A stretch of 64,000 nt of DNA from a virus (Duplodnaviria > Caudoviricetes), in the IMG/VR virus record IMGVR_UViG_3300044961_000667; one strand, written 5' to 3'. Shown here piece by piece: positions 42,284 through 51,605 of the stretch. The notes beneath the pieces are model-generated. The model saw only the letters and a list, made by a program, of their open reading frames with translations. It was not told the DNA's origin and searched no databases. The position numbers and the translations under genes are program-made. Numbering within the stretch: the first letter of the stretch is position 1; the number at the start of each line of letters is the position of its first letter.

Positions 42284-44458
42284 TTAGTCCTCTTCGGTGT
42301 CTTTTCGCTCGACCAGCCTCTTCTCAGGCAAGCCCAGCTCCTTCCTCTTCTGGTGGAAGCACGACTTGCAGGTCGACAGCAGTACTCCCGGCGAGAGCGT
42401 CGACCACGGGTTGTGCAGCACCCAGTCAGACGGCTCGATGCGGTCCAGGATGCTGTTGCCCGAGTACGGCTCATCGACGAACCAGTTCTGCCAGCCGAAG
42501 TGCAGGTCCTCCACCTTGCACCCGAGCACCGCGGCGATGCCCTGCGGGCACGTCACCTTGAATCCCGTGTGCACGGTGGCGATCACATCGGGGTGGTTCA
42601 CGCAGAAGACGGAGCCGGTCGAGTACCAGTGCTTCGACGGATCCTTCCACTCGTACCCGCGGCGTGGATTCTCGAACTTCTTCTCATTCCCGCCGTTCAG
42701 CTCCACCTCGCTGTAGAAGCCGCTGCCCCACTTGCTCTTCAGCGCCTTGTACACGCGCTTGTGGACACCCTGGGTGACGCAGTTGCCCGTCTTCGTCGTG
42801 TAGTACCCGACCTCGAACGACGTCCGTCGATCCTCCCACGTGCTGAACCTGGGGATCAGCAGCTCTCCTTTCGCGGCGGCAGCCTGCAGGGCCGGCATGT
42901 TCTCCTTCGCCGCCTTGCGCAGCCACTCCAGCGCCTCCTCCTTCTTCTCGGCGAACTCCTTCTGCGCCAGCCCCTGGACGTACTTCATCTTGTTGACGCG
43001 GCCAGCCCAGGCGCGGTCCCGCTCCAGCTTCTCTTTCGTTCCGAACGTCACCGGCGACAGCGTCTCGAAGTTGCCGAGCGTGAGCGAGCCCCGCCGGTGA
43101 TCCCCCGTCGCCGGCAAGTTCTGGTTCTCCCAGCTCGCCTGCAGCAGCTTCACCGCCGACTGGCCGACAGGGTTGAGGAACCGCTCCGGCACCTGCTCCC
43201 CGTACCGTTTCTCCATCCAGGAGTTGAAGCCCGTGCCGCCCTTGAACGACCACTGCTCCTTCGTCTCCTCCAGAGACACCGCCTTCAGGTCGAGCGGCGG
43301 CACGATCAGCGGCGTGTACTTGTTCGCCAGCTCGATCGACGCACCTGAATCGATCAGCGCCATCGGCCGAACCACCATCTCGCCGGTGTAGCTGAGCTGC
43401 TTCAGCTTCGGGTTCTTCCTCCAGTACTTGTCGCGAATCAGGTCGAACATCAGCACCAACCACACGAACTGCTCCGGATGCAGCTGGCCGATCTCCTTCA
43501 GCGGAACGGCGTTCGCGTTGTACGGCACCATCTGCTCTCGCTGCTCCGCGTAGAGCCTTCCATCCTGGGTCACCTTTAGTCCGAGCAGCTGGTACGGGAA
43601 CCAGTGCTTCCCCGCTCTGCTCTCCAGATTGCGATCGGGCCGCCGCGACATCCGGTTGTACGCAGGGTGCGGTCCCTCTTCGCGATCGGTCAGCACCATC
43701 AGCGTCTCGCCGTTGCGAATGGCGAACACGAAGAAGCTGGCCAGCTCCTGCTCCGGGTCTCGAATCAGGCACAGCGAGATGCCGGCGACGCCCTGGTTCA
43801 TCATCGTCTGCAGCAGGCTGTTGACGTTCCAGAACTCGAAGACCTGGCGGTTGTACTTCAGGCTCGACGGGTCTGGGTCGCCGTGGGTGAACTGGTGCGC
43901 CTCCAGCTTTTTGATGGAAAGCAGCGCGTCCCTTCGCACGTAGGCGAGCTGGTACTTGTCTTCGAGCAGCTCGTTCAGTGCCTTGTTCTTCTTGCCGCCG
44001 GGCACCCCGTAGTGCTCAGCCGCTTCGCGCAGCTGATCGACGAAGCCGTCCATCAGATCGACGTAGTCGGGCGATTCGACGAGGTCGCGCAGCGCCGCCA
44101 TCGCATCGATCTGCGACTTGCACCGATCCGCCGACAGCAGGAGATCGAAGGCCGTGAACGGCGTCGTCTTGAGGTGGTGCTCCGTCAACCCACGAAGCAT
44201 CATCAACGTCGTCAGCCCAGTCGGGTCGAGATCGCGTGACTCGTTCAAGGCGTCAAGATGCTTGGCCAGCGTGTACTGATCGAACGGCTCCAGCTGGCTT
44301 CCGCCCTCCTGCACCGTCAGACGGATCGTGAACCCACGCTTGTTCGGGTTCGCGCCCGTGACGTCAGCCCAGCGCTTCAGGGCTTCGTTCACGAGCTGAT
44401 TCACCGTGCCGAAGGCAGGCTTTGGCGCCTCAACTCGCTCGACTTTCTCAGCACCCAT
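42284..44458 (-). CDS. Large hypothetical protein (724 aa)
   Basis: Long GC3-rich ORF; no family recognised. Confidence 0.85.
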   Translation of the reverse strand: MGAEKVERVEAPKPAFGTVNQLVNEALKRWADVTGANPNKRGFTIRLTVQEGGSQLEPFDQYTLAKHLDALNESRDLDPTGLTTLMMLRGLTEHHLKTTPFTAFDLLLSADRCKSQIDAMAALRDLVESPDYVDLMDGFVDQLREAAEHYGVPGGKKNKALNELLEDKYQLAYVRRDALLSIKKLEAHQFTHGDPDPSSLKYNRQVFEFWNVNSLLQTMMNQGVAGISLCLIRDPEQELASFFVFAIRNGETLMVLTDREEGPHPAYNRMSRRPDRNLESRAGKHWFPYQLLGLKVTQDGRLYAEQREQMVPYNANAVPLKEIGQLHPEQFVWLVLMFDLIRDKYWRKNPKLKQLSYTGEMVVRPMALIDSGASIELANKYTPLIVPPLDLKAVSLEETKEQWSFKGGTGFNSWMEKRYGEQVPERFLNPVGQSAVKLLQASWENQNLPATGDHRRGSLTLGNFETLSPVTFGTKEKLERDRAWAGRVNKMKYVQGLAQKEFAEKKEEALEWLRKAAKENMPALQAAAAKGELLIPRFSTWEDRRTSFEVGYYTTKTGNCVTQGVHKRVYKALKSKWGSGFYSEVELNGGNEKKFENPRRGYEWKDPSKHWYSTGSVFCVNHPDVIATVHTGFKVTCPQGIAAVLGCKVEDLHFGWQNWFVDEPYSGNSILDRIEPSDWVLHNPWSTLSPGVLLSTCKSCFHQKRKELGLPEKRLVERKDTEED

Positions 44459-44840
44459 AGCGCTCGCAGTACCGTCTCTCGCGGTTATTGGCGGCCTCCG
44501 CCTCGACGAAGTCGTTGAACTTCTCCAGCAGCTCCGGGCTCTGAGCCTCCAGCGCCTGGACGTCGACGACGGCGACCACTTTCTCGCCGCCGCACACGGT
44601 GCACGTGACGTCGTACTTCCCCGTCATGTACGCCTCGCGCTCGTCATCGTCCCAGTCCGCCCACTCCGACGCCGTGATGCCGTTGCCGTCGATCGCACGG
44701 TTGGTGTGGCGACCATGGCCACCACACTCGTCGCAGACCTCGTGCTTGCCTGGCAGGAGGACGGACACCTCTTCGCCGTCGTCGTCCTCGTAGGCGAACT
44801 CGATCTCTCCCGACGGCGACAGCTTCTTCCCGATGCCCAT
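44448..44840 (-). CDS. DnaJ-type zinc-finger hypothetical protein
   Basis: CDECGGHG..CTVCGG. Confidence 0.75.
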   Translation of the reverse strand: MGIGKKLSPSGEIEFAYEDDDGEEVSVLLPGKHEVCDECGGHGRHTNRAIDGNGITASEWADWDDDEREAYMTGKYDVTCTVCGGEKVVAVVDVQALEAQSPELLEKFNDFVEAEAANNRERRYCERYGC

Positions 44841-44843
44841 CGC

Positions 44844-45176
44844 TCAGCCCTCGTAGACCGCGCTGTACCAGCTGGTGCACTGCTCGGCGTAGACGCCCAT
44901 CTTCTTCAGGTCGCCCAGCATCTGCCGGTGGAAGTCGTACTGCTCATACGCGTAGTTGAACGCGCCGGCGTGATCTCCGCCGTCGTGCACGACGATCAGC
45001 AGGGAGTCGCAGCCGTACTGCTCACCGCGCTCCTTCCACTGCTCCGGCGTGTAGAAGACCTTGCAGCCGCCCGAGTACAGCCGATCCTTCGACTTCAGAA
45101 AGGCGATGATCCTCTCGGCCGCAGCCCGCCCCTTCGGAGACAGGCCCTCCGGGATCTCGAACCCCTTGGCCTCCAT
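44844..45176 (-). CDS. Hypothetical protein
   Basis: TGATG-coupled start. Confidence 0.7.
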   Translation of the reverse strand: MEAKGFEIPEGLSPKGRAAAERIIAFLKSKDRLYSGGCKVFYTPEQWKERGEQYGCDSLLIVVHDGGDHAGAFNYAYEQYDFHRQMLGDLKKMGVYAEQCTSWYSAVYEG

Positions 45177-45817
45177 CACTGCACCTCGAAGTACTTCATG
45201 GCGACGGCCAGGAGGTTGCTGTAGTCGCCGCCCGTCATCTCCTTCTGCACCGCGTCGATCTTCGACTGCTCCCAACCGGCCTTCTTCGCCGCCTTCAGGC
45301 ACTTGCCGATGATGAGGAAGGCGTTGCCATCGAAGCCGAGCAGCTCCACCACCGGCTTGTCGTCGTGCTCGCCGTCATTGCCGCTGGATTCCAGCCGCTC
45401 TTCGATCTCGTCCTCCTCCGTCCGAACGGACTCGACCGACGCCTCCACTTCCTTCACGTAGATCCGCTGGTGCGCAGTGCCGTCCCACTCCACCTTGATG
45501 CAGGGGAAGGCGCCGAACTCGGCCACGATCGTCTTCCCCACCTCCACCACCTTCTGCTCATCGTCCGACGGGTGGCCGAACGCGAGGTGAAGCCCCTTCG
45601 GCTTCCCACGGAAGCGGCGCTCCGTGAACACCTCCGCGTCCTGCTTGTGGAAGAAGACGATGCCGGTCGGCTTCAGCCCCTTCTCTCTGATGTCGCTGGC
45701 GATGCCCGCCCAGCCGCACCCGCCACAGCACATGTAGCGCTGTCGGGCGATGAAGCCCTTCTTGCGCAGGTTGTCGAACGCCTTCGAGAGAGCCGCCTTC
45801 AAGTCGCCGTTCTGCAT
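45176..45817 (-). CDS. DUF6891-like domain fused to a small conserved domain
   Basis: AFDNLRKKGFIARQ..CCGGCG; C-terminal DGNAF.IIG. Confidence 0.7.
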   Translation of the reverse strand: MQNGDLKAALSKAFDNLRKKGFIARQRYMCCGGCGWAGIASDIREKGLKPTGIVFFHKQDAEVFTERRFRGKPKGLHLAFGHPSDDEQKVVEVGKTIVAEFGAFPCIKVEWDGTAHQRIYVKEVEASVESVRTEEDEIEERLESSGNDGEHDDKPVVELLGFDGNAFLIIGKCLKAAKKAGWEQSKIDAVQKEMTGGDYSNLLAVAMKYFEVQ

Positions 45818-45866
45818 CGTCCATCTCCTGTCCAGCTGGGTTGCTGGTGGTTGGGGTGATTCTCAG

Positions 45867-45900
45867 AAACTACCAGCAGTCCGCCTGTTTCGTCAAGAGG
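45867..45900 (-). promoter_or_regulatory. CCTCTTGAC-family promoter
   Basis: TTGACG-18-TAGTTT. Confidence 0.8.
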
Positions 45901-45930
45901 TATGGCGACACGCCTGTCGTTTACGCCTCA

Positions 45931-46116
45931 TCAACCGCGGGCGCGGCGATGCCGCACGAGACGCAACATCGGCTTCTCTTGGGTGGGAGTGTCTGCCGGC
46001 TTTTGCAACTCCCGCCCGACCTCTTCGTCAAGCAGCTGGTGCAGCCGTTCTGCTGGCTCCTTCGACGTCAGTACGTCGAGGATGAACTTCACGTCGAAAC
46101 GGGTCTTCTTGGGCAT
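45931..46116 (-). CDS. Hypothetical protein
   Basis: RBS AGGAG. Confidence 0.55.
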   Translation of the reverse strand: MPKKTRFDVKFILDVLTSKEPAERLHQLLDEEVGRELQKPADTPTQEKPMLRLVRHRRARG

Positions 46117-46385
46117 TGACTTTCTCCTGCCCCTTCATTCGCACCCCAGGGCGGAAGTTCGACAGGCCCCATCGCGTGTCCCGTCGTGCTGCTGATGCTG
46201 AGCCACCTGGCCTTGCACCTGGGGCATCGGATCTCCGATCTGGAGGGCACCGGGGCGCCATCCGGGTACTGCAGCAGGACGCTCAGAAACCTAGCCCTCG
46301 GCTCGATGTCCACCGCAGCGATGAACATCACCGCCTCACACCTGAGGCAGGTGATCGGATCGCCCTTGCTCAAACCCTCAGCCAC
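46089..46385 (-). CDS. Zn-ribbon hypothetical protein
   Basis: CLRC..CPRC. Confidence 0.6.
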   Translation of the reverse strand: MAEGLSKGDPITCLRCEAVMFIAAVDIEPRARFLSVLLQYPDGAPVPSRSEIRCPRCKARWLSISSTTGHAMGPVELPPWGANEGAGESQCPRRPVST

Positions 46386-46397
46386 ACGGCCTCCACG

Positions 46398-46411
46398 TGC
46401 AATCGATTGCG
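46398..46411. repeat. TGCAATCGATTGCG palindromic site, copy 6 (intergenic)
   Basis: Exact match. Confidence 0.85.
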
Positions 46412-46422
46412 CATTACAAGGG

Positions 46423-46800
46423 CTACGCGTCTGGGAGCAGCCCGAAGTTGTCGATCTCCACCCTCAGCTCGGGGGGCATGGGCTTGGCCAAGCGGTACCG
46501 GCGCTCGACGTTCACGACGTGGTGGCCGGCAATGCCTTCCATGACGAAGAGCGAGTAGTCGTCCGGGCTGTCGCACTCCATCATCTCCAGCTCGTCCTTC
46601 GTCGGGCGGTCGTCCTCGGGAAGCTCGTCGTAGGGCACGTCCGTTCCAACGACTGCGAACATCGTGTCCCACTGGCCTTCCCTGTACAGCTGCCACGACT
46701 CTTCGTTGCTGATCGGCGTCAGGGGCCCGTACTTCCCGATGAACTCCGCCAACTCCCTCTTGTCAGCCATGTCTGTCTCCTCTTCGGGTTTGAACTGCAT
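46423..46800 (-). CDS. Hypothetical protein
   Basis: GC3-rich ORF. Confidence 0.7.
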   Translation of the reverse strand: MQFKPEEETDMADKRELAEFIGKYGPLTPISNEESWQLYREGQWDTMFAVVGTDVPYDELPEDDRPTKDELEMMECDSPDDYSLFVMEGIAGHHVVNVERRYRLAKPMPPELRVEIDNFGLLPDA

Positions 46801-46860
46801 CCCTTCCCACCCAACGAAGCCTCTCGCTGCAAACGAGCGACTTCGTCCTGGGTGGGAGGG

Positions 46861-47322
46861 CTACTCCAACAGCTTCGCCGCGGTGGCCTCCATCTGCCGC
46901 CGGTAGGCCGCGAGGTCCTTCGCCGGCTCCACCTCGTACACGTCCCAGCCCTTCTTGGCCGCGCTCTCCACCTCAGCGATGAACTGGCTGATGGTGCGGC
47001 CGTGCTTGTCGTCGGCGGGCTTGTTCGTGAACCGGCAGTCCTCGACTTCGTGCCAGCAGTGATCGTCCTCGTTCGACGGGTACTCTCCGTCCCCGAAGAG
47101 GAACACCGACGGCACCCTCACCTGCTCCGCATTGAAGAACTCGCCACTGTCGCAGGCCGCCTCCAACCGGCTCCACTCGTCTTCGCTGATGCGCCCGGCG
47201 AAGACGACTGTTCCAAACTGCTTGTAGTTGCTGGCGTCGCGGTACAGGTAGCTGAACTCGGTGTTCGGCCGCTTCAGTTCGTCCTGCTTCTTCAACTCCG
47301 ACTTCCGGGCAAGAGCCTTCAA
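46861..47322 (-). CDS. Hypothetical protein
   Basis: YLYRDASNYK..DHCWHE motif. Confidence 0.75.
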   Translation of the reverse strand: MKALARKSELKKQDELKRPNTEFSYLYRDASNYKQFGTVVFAGRISEDEWSRLEAACDSGEFFNAEQVRVPSVFLFGDGEYPSNEDDHCWHEVEDCRFTNKPADDKHGRTISQFIAEVESAAKKGWDVYEVEPAKDLAAYRRQMEATAAKLLE

Positions 47323-47358
47323 TCACGCCTCCATGGGTTTGGGGTCGATGCTGAGAGG

Positions 47359-47391
47359 ATCATGTCTCACTGACGCAGTTTCGTCAAGAGG
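47359..47391 (-). promoter_or_regulatory. CCTCTTGAC-family promoter
   Basis: TTGACG-17-CATGAT. Confidence 0.8.
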
Positions 47392-47598
47392 TTAGTTCGG
47401 AAGTAGGGCCACTGCACGGAAGGCGTGAAGCTGCCACCACCGCAGCTGCTCGGCGAAGCGCTTCATCGTGCTGAAGACGGGATCGCTGGGTGCTGGAGCG
47501 CCGAGACCAAGGCACATCTCCATCGGCCGGCCACAGGCAGTGCACCTGGGCAAGTCGTACCGCAGCGGTTGCTTACAGACTGCGCACCATTCAGACAC
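47392..47598 (-). CDS. Small Zn-finger hypothetical protein
   Basis: CAVC..CTAC; flanked by two promoters. Confidence 0.6.
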   Translation of the reverse strand: MSEWCAVCKQPLRYDLPRCTACGRPMEMCLGLGAPAPSDPVFSTMKRFAEQLRWWQLHAFRAVALLPN

Positions 47599-47640
47599 CG
47601 GTTCCTCCGACCCCCTCCAGGAGTCGAGGCATCGACGCTG

Positions 47641-47675
47641 ATTGTACAGTGGATCTGACCCGTTACGTCAAGAGG
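47641..47675 (-). promoter_or_regulatory. CCTCTTGAC-family promoter
   Basis: TTGACG-19-TACAAT. Confidence 0.7.
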
Positions 47676-47877
47676 TGACAGGTTCCAGCGTCAGTCGCAC
47701 CACGATGACCGGACTGATCGACCAAATCGTCTTCGTGACTCTGTACAGGCCCGGCTCAATCCGGTTCGCATGCGGAACTTCGTTGAAGTCCCACCTCAGG
47801 TAACTGCCGACCTCCGGCACCGGCATGTCGAGCGACAACTCTCGCTCTGCCTCTGGCGTCTCGAACACAAAGTGCAT
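47668..47877 (-). CDS. Hypothetical protein
   Basis: RBS GAGGA. Confidence 0.65.
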   Translation of the reverse strand: MHFVFETPEAERELSLDMPVPEVGSYLRWDFNEVPHANRIEPGLYRVTKTIWSISPVIVVRLTLEPVTS

Positions 47878-47886
47878 CGACGTTCC

Positions 47887-48123
47887 TCAGCACTCGAACA
47901 GGATGTGGATGCGCTCGGCCGGGTGCTGATCGCACGGGCACGGGTTCGGCTGGCCAGTGCGGAAGCCCTCCTTCGACACCGTCCACCCCGACTTGATGCC
48001 GGTCGCCCGCACGACGTTCGCGTACTCGGCGGCCTCCTCAGGCTTCATGTCGGTGCACACGCTCATGTAGCAGATGCCGTCGCTGTACACCTCGAACACT
48101 GCTTCCTTGTCCTTCGCTGCCAT
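47887..48123 (-). CDS. Hypothetical protein
   Basis: MAAKDKE..; NPCPC..H. Confidence 0.65.
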   Translation of the reverse strand: MAAKDKEAVFEVYSDGICYMSVCTDMKPEEAAEYANVVRATGIKSGWTVSKEGFRTGQPNPCPCDQHPAERIHILFEC

Positions 48124-48125
48124 GT

Positions 48126-49265
48126 TCACCCCACGACTCGAATCGGGTTGGACTCCTCGACTTCCATGGGACCGCGCCAGAACGGGTTGATCCACATGAG
48201 CTTCCTCAGGCTGTGCTTCGGCCCGTGCGTCTGGTTGCGCCAGTGCCCCTGCACCAACGTCCGCACGTGGAGCGGACGGCTTTCGCCAGTCCCCTCAGAC
48301 ATGCGCTTCACGCCACGGCCCAAGTAGATCCGCCGGCGAGGGTCGACGCCCTTCAGCTCCTCGCGGAGCCGGTCTTTCTTCTGACCAGGAGGCAGCTTGT
48401 CGAGCCGCGCCTTCATCTGACGCCACTGCTTGTTGCTGGCCTCCTCGAAGACGTCGGCTTCCGGGTGGTGCGTCGCGTAGAGCACCACGTTCATCGCCAG
48501 CATGAACAGCTGCTGCCACTTCGGCGCCAACCCATCCTGAGCGCGGTAGATGTACCGCAGCTCCTCGGGCATCTGCTGATCGAGGAACTCCTGCCGGTCG
48601 TCGAGGCACTCCGTCACCTTCTTCCCCGGCGTCAGCAGCAGGTCGAAGGTGAACGTGAGCCAGTTCGGCAACCCGTCACTGAGGTACCCATCGGGCTCGC
48701 CAATGGCGCACAACCGCCACGAGCGCCCGTTCCGCTCCGAGCCGTCCATGTTGAGCGACCTGGGCGACTCCGTGATGTACATCCCGACGAGCCCGCACTT
48801 CTTGCTCCCGTCGTAGAAGAAGTCGGCGCCTGCCTGCGGCGGCACCGCGATGTAGATGTTCGAGTACGGCAGCCGCAGGTCGTCCGAGGACACCCCACGC
48901 AGCTCCGTGTACTTGAAGCAGTCGGCCAGCCCTTCCGACAACTCGTAGACGCGACGCCCCGTCTTCCGGTGGCACAACCGCTGCCAGTTCTCCCCCATCG
49001 TCGAGTTGGCACCCGACTGCCCCACCAGCCTGACGATCTGCTGGTAGAACGCGTTCAGCTTCTTCGAGTGCATGATCATCCCTTCCAGGAAGAGGTGATC
49101 GACGCCTTCGGCAGCCGCGTCGAACATCGCGTCGAGCGTGGCCTGGAACTGGCGCGGGTTGGCGACCTCCAACACCGGCATGTCAGACGCGGCGATGCGC
49201 CGACCAACAGCACGGAACGGTGCGATCGTCTCTTCCATGCACTCGGAGTGCGTCTTCAAGCTCAT
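48126..49265 (-). CDS. Conserved phage hypothetical protein
   Basis: C-terminal V.GHWR.Q..GP..RK..WI.PFWRG motif. Confidence 0.8.
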   Translation of the reverse strand: MSLKTHSECMEETIAPFRAVGRRIAASDMPVLEVANPRQFQATLDAMFDAAAEGVDHLFLEGMIMHSKKLNAFYQQIVRLVGQSGANSTMGENWQRLCHRKTGRRVYELSEGLADCFKYTELRGVSSDDLRLPYSNIYIAVPPQAGADFFYDGSKKCGLVGMYITESPRSLNMDGSERNGRSWRLCAIGEPDGYLSDGLPNWLTFTFDLLLTPGKKVTECLDDRQEFLDQQMPEELRYIYRAQDGLAPKWQQLFMLAMNVVLYATHHPEADVFEEASNKQWRQMKARLDKLPPGQKKDRLREELKGVDPRRRIYLGRGVKRMSEGTGESRPLHVRTLVQGHWRNQTHGPKHSLRKLMWINPFWRGPMEVEESNPIRVVG

Positions 49266-49821
49266 TCGGGTCTCCTCATCAGGTACAGCATCCGCGCCAG
49301 CAGCCTGGCCGCGCTGTTCGCGTCATCGACACCGCGGTGGTGCGTGCCCTCCATGAGCAGCCCCAGCCGCGGCAGAGCCTGCTCAAGGCCGCACTCCTTC
49401 TCGCCGGTGAAGAGCGCGAACAGGTTCTTCAGGTTGAGGTGCGTCGGCCCGAACGGGTACTTGATGCCCTCGTCCCGGCACTGACGCTCCATCTGCCGGC
49501 GGTCGTAGTCGCCCCAGCTCGCCCACGTCATCCCGAAGTTGATCAGCGGGGCAACGTCCCCGAGCGCCTCCTTCAGCATCGGCCGGTCAGCCACCATCTC
49601 CGGCGTGATGGTCGTCAACCTGGTGCAGAATTCGCTCACCTCAGTCGTGGTCGGCTTCACCAAGATGCCCGCGGCTCCGACAACCCGCAGGGTCTTCGTG
49701 TCCAGCACCGCGACGCCGATCTCGATGATCTCCCCTTCTTTCGCTCGGGGTACGTCTCGTCGTTCTCCCAGCAAGTCGCCTCAAGATCGACCACGCCGAT
49801 CCGGCTCGTGTCTCTAGCCAT
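49262..49821 (-). CDS. DEDDh 3'-5' exonuclease (KapD/ERI-1-like) split by a -1 frameshift at 49738-49743
   Basis: Frame A: MARDTSRIGVVDLEATCWE; frame B: EIIEIGV..WGDYD..HRGVDDA. Confidence 0.85.
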
Positions 49822-50482
49822 TGTCGTTCTCCTTGTTCTGCAGCTCTCGCTTCAGCAGAAACCCGATGGCCATGTTCAACGGCATCGTCTCGTCCTTCTG
49901 ACGCTGGAACCAGGCGAGCACGACCTCAAGCCTCTCCGGCGGCAGGTACTCCTTCATCTTCAGGATGATGCGCGTCAACAGAGCCCGGTCGACCGTCCAC
50001 GCCTGCCTCGACTTGTCGACGGCAGACGCCTCGCACGCCTTCACGTCGAAGCTGAACGCCCCCACGCAGGCCATCGGCCGCTTCTTGTAGATGCGGCACC
50101 GCCCGTTCTCCCCGAGGAAGATGCACTTCATCATCGGGTGCCCGGTCTGGTCGGAGACATCCGGCTTGCCGGCCTCAGCGATGGCCCAGTCTGCGTGCGC
50201 CAACGCCTTGTTGAGAACGTCGCCCAGCGACTTGTCTCTGGAGCACAGCTCGACCAGCGCCGTCGCCTCCATGGGCGTCAGCCAGGGTTGATCGTGGGTG
50301 CAACACCACGTGCAGCCAGCGCGACAAGCGGGCCTGACGCCCAGCCTCTTCTTCGCCAGCTCGTGGGCGTACTCGAAGTTGTTCCGCGTCTCCAAGTACA
50401 CCTGCAGGTTCGACGACGGCTCCTTCGTCGTGAAGTCGATGATGTCGCCGTTCTTCGGCAGCCTGTCGAGCGGGCTACTCAT
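49814..50482 (-). CDS. YkgJ-family Cys-cluster protein
   Basis: CRAGCTWCC..CIFL..GRCRIY..RP.AC. Confidence 0.88.
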   Translation of the reverse strand: MSSPLDRLPKNGDIIDFTTKEPSSNLQVYLETRNNFEYAHELAKKRLGVRPACRAGCTWCCTHDQPWLTPMEATALVELCSRDKSLGDVLNKALAHADWAIAEAGKPDVSDQTGHPMMKCIFLGENGRCRIYKKRPMACVGAFSFDVKACEASAVDKSRQAWTVDRALLTRIILKMKEYLPPERLEVVLAWFQRQKDETMPLNMAIGFLLKRELQNKENDNG

Positions 50483-50657
50483 GGCGGTCCTTCACCGTCT
50501 GCATCGCCGCCAGCACGGTCGCCTCATTCACCTTCGCGTCCCTGCCGCGCTGCCGCCTGTGGATCTCCAGCATCAACTCCTTGGCGTCGAAGCCGGCCAA
50601 GCGAGTTGCGATCTTGAACATGTCCTCGGCGTTTCGGCTGCCCCATCCTGCCGTCAT
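50475..50657 (-). CDS. Hypothetical protein
   Basis: RBS AGGAGGAG. Confidence 0.6.
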   Translation of the reverse strand: MTAGWGSRNAEDMFKIATRLAGFDAKELMLEIHRRQRGRDAKVNEATVLAAMQTVKDRHE

Positions 50658-50706
50658 CGACTCCTCCTGTTTCCCGGCTGGGTGGCCGGTCATTGAGTCT
50701 GGAGGA

Positions 50707-50740
50707 ATCATGGCACAAGGCCATCTGGTTCGTCAAGAGG
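50707..50740 (-). promoter_or_regulatory. CCTCTTGAC-family promoter
   Basis: TTGACG-18-CATGAT. Confidence 0.8.
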
Positions 50741-51034
50741 ATTTCGCCGGCGCGCCGGGTTGTACTCGTCTCCCTCGGTGACCATGTGGAACGGATCGAA
50801 CGTCTCGACGGTGACCCAGAAGCACTTGCCCTTCGACGGCTTCACCTGCTTGCCGTCCGGCCCCACCACCTTCACGCGCTCCGGCAGCTTCACCCACTGA
50901 GAGTCTGCCTTGCCGACGCTGATGCCTTCCTGGATCTCCAAGACGTCGCGGCCAGACAGCTTCACCTTGACGCACGCCCATGGACGACCCAAGGCGGTGA
51001 CTCCGTAGACTTCACTCTTTCGCAGGAAGTGCAT
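50708..51034 (-). CDS. Hypothetical protein
   Basis: Co-oriented ORF. Confidence 0.6.
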   Translation of the reverse strand: MHFLRKSEVYGVTALGRPWACVKVKLSGRDVLEIQEGISVGKADSQWVKLPERVKVVGPDGKQVKPSKGKCFWVTVETFDPFHMVTEGDEYNPARRRNPLDEPDGLVP

Positions 51035-51114
51035 TCAGGAAAAACCAACTCACTCGGACGCGCGGCGATGCCGCACTCCGACAGTCAGCTCTCTCTCGTT
51101 GTGGTGGGAGACTT

Positions 51115-51333
51115 CTACTTCGCCTGGCCGAGCTGCATCTCCAGCTCGGCGACCCTGGCCTTCAACCGCTCGTTCTCGACGACCAGGTCGACTACCTCGG
51201 AGCCGTCGCCCGGCAACACGAAGTTCGCCTGCAGCCCGTCGGAGAACAGCTCCTGCTCGATGGTGCCCTGGTACGCCTTCAACTCCTCGGCGGTCGCGTA
51301 CCGCGCCTTCAGCATCTTCTCGCCTGGCATCAA
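51115..51333 (-). CDS. Hypothetical protein
   Basis: Coupled ORF. Confidence 0.65.
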   Translation of the reverse strand: MMPGEKMLKARYATAEELKAYQGTIEQELFSDGLQANFVLPGDGSEVVDLVVENERLKARVAELEMQLGQAK

Positions 51334-51605
51334 GGCTCCTTCGGACGAATGGCCTTCAGGTACACCCGCACAGCCTCCGGCGGATTCCCGCCCTCCGTCA
51401 ATCCGCGTCGTCGAATCTCCACCACCAGCTCAGCCTTCGAGTGCACGACGGTGCACGTCTGCAGGTTCCGAAGGCGATGTCCCACGGCCGTCATCAGCTC
51501 TTCTTCGAGTGCTTCCCCGTCGACCAGCACGCGCTCCAAGACGTGGTTGAGCCACCACATCTCGACGAGCTGCTCATCGGTGACCGGTACGCGGAGCGGG
51601 GCCAT
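51330..51605 (-). CDS. Hypothetical protein
   Basis: Co-oriented ORF. Confidence 0.6.
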   Translation of the reverse strand: MAPLRVPVTDEQLVEMWWLNHVLERVLVDGEALEEELMTAVGHRLRNLQTCTVVHSKAELVVEIRRRGLTEGGNPPEAVRVYLKAIRPKEP

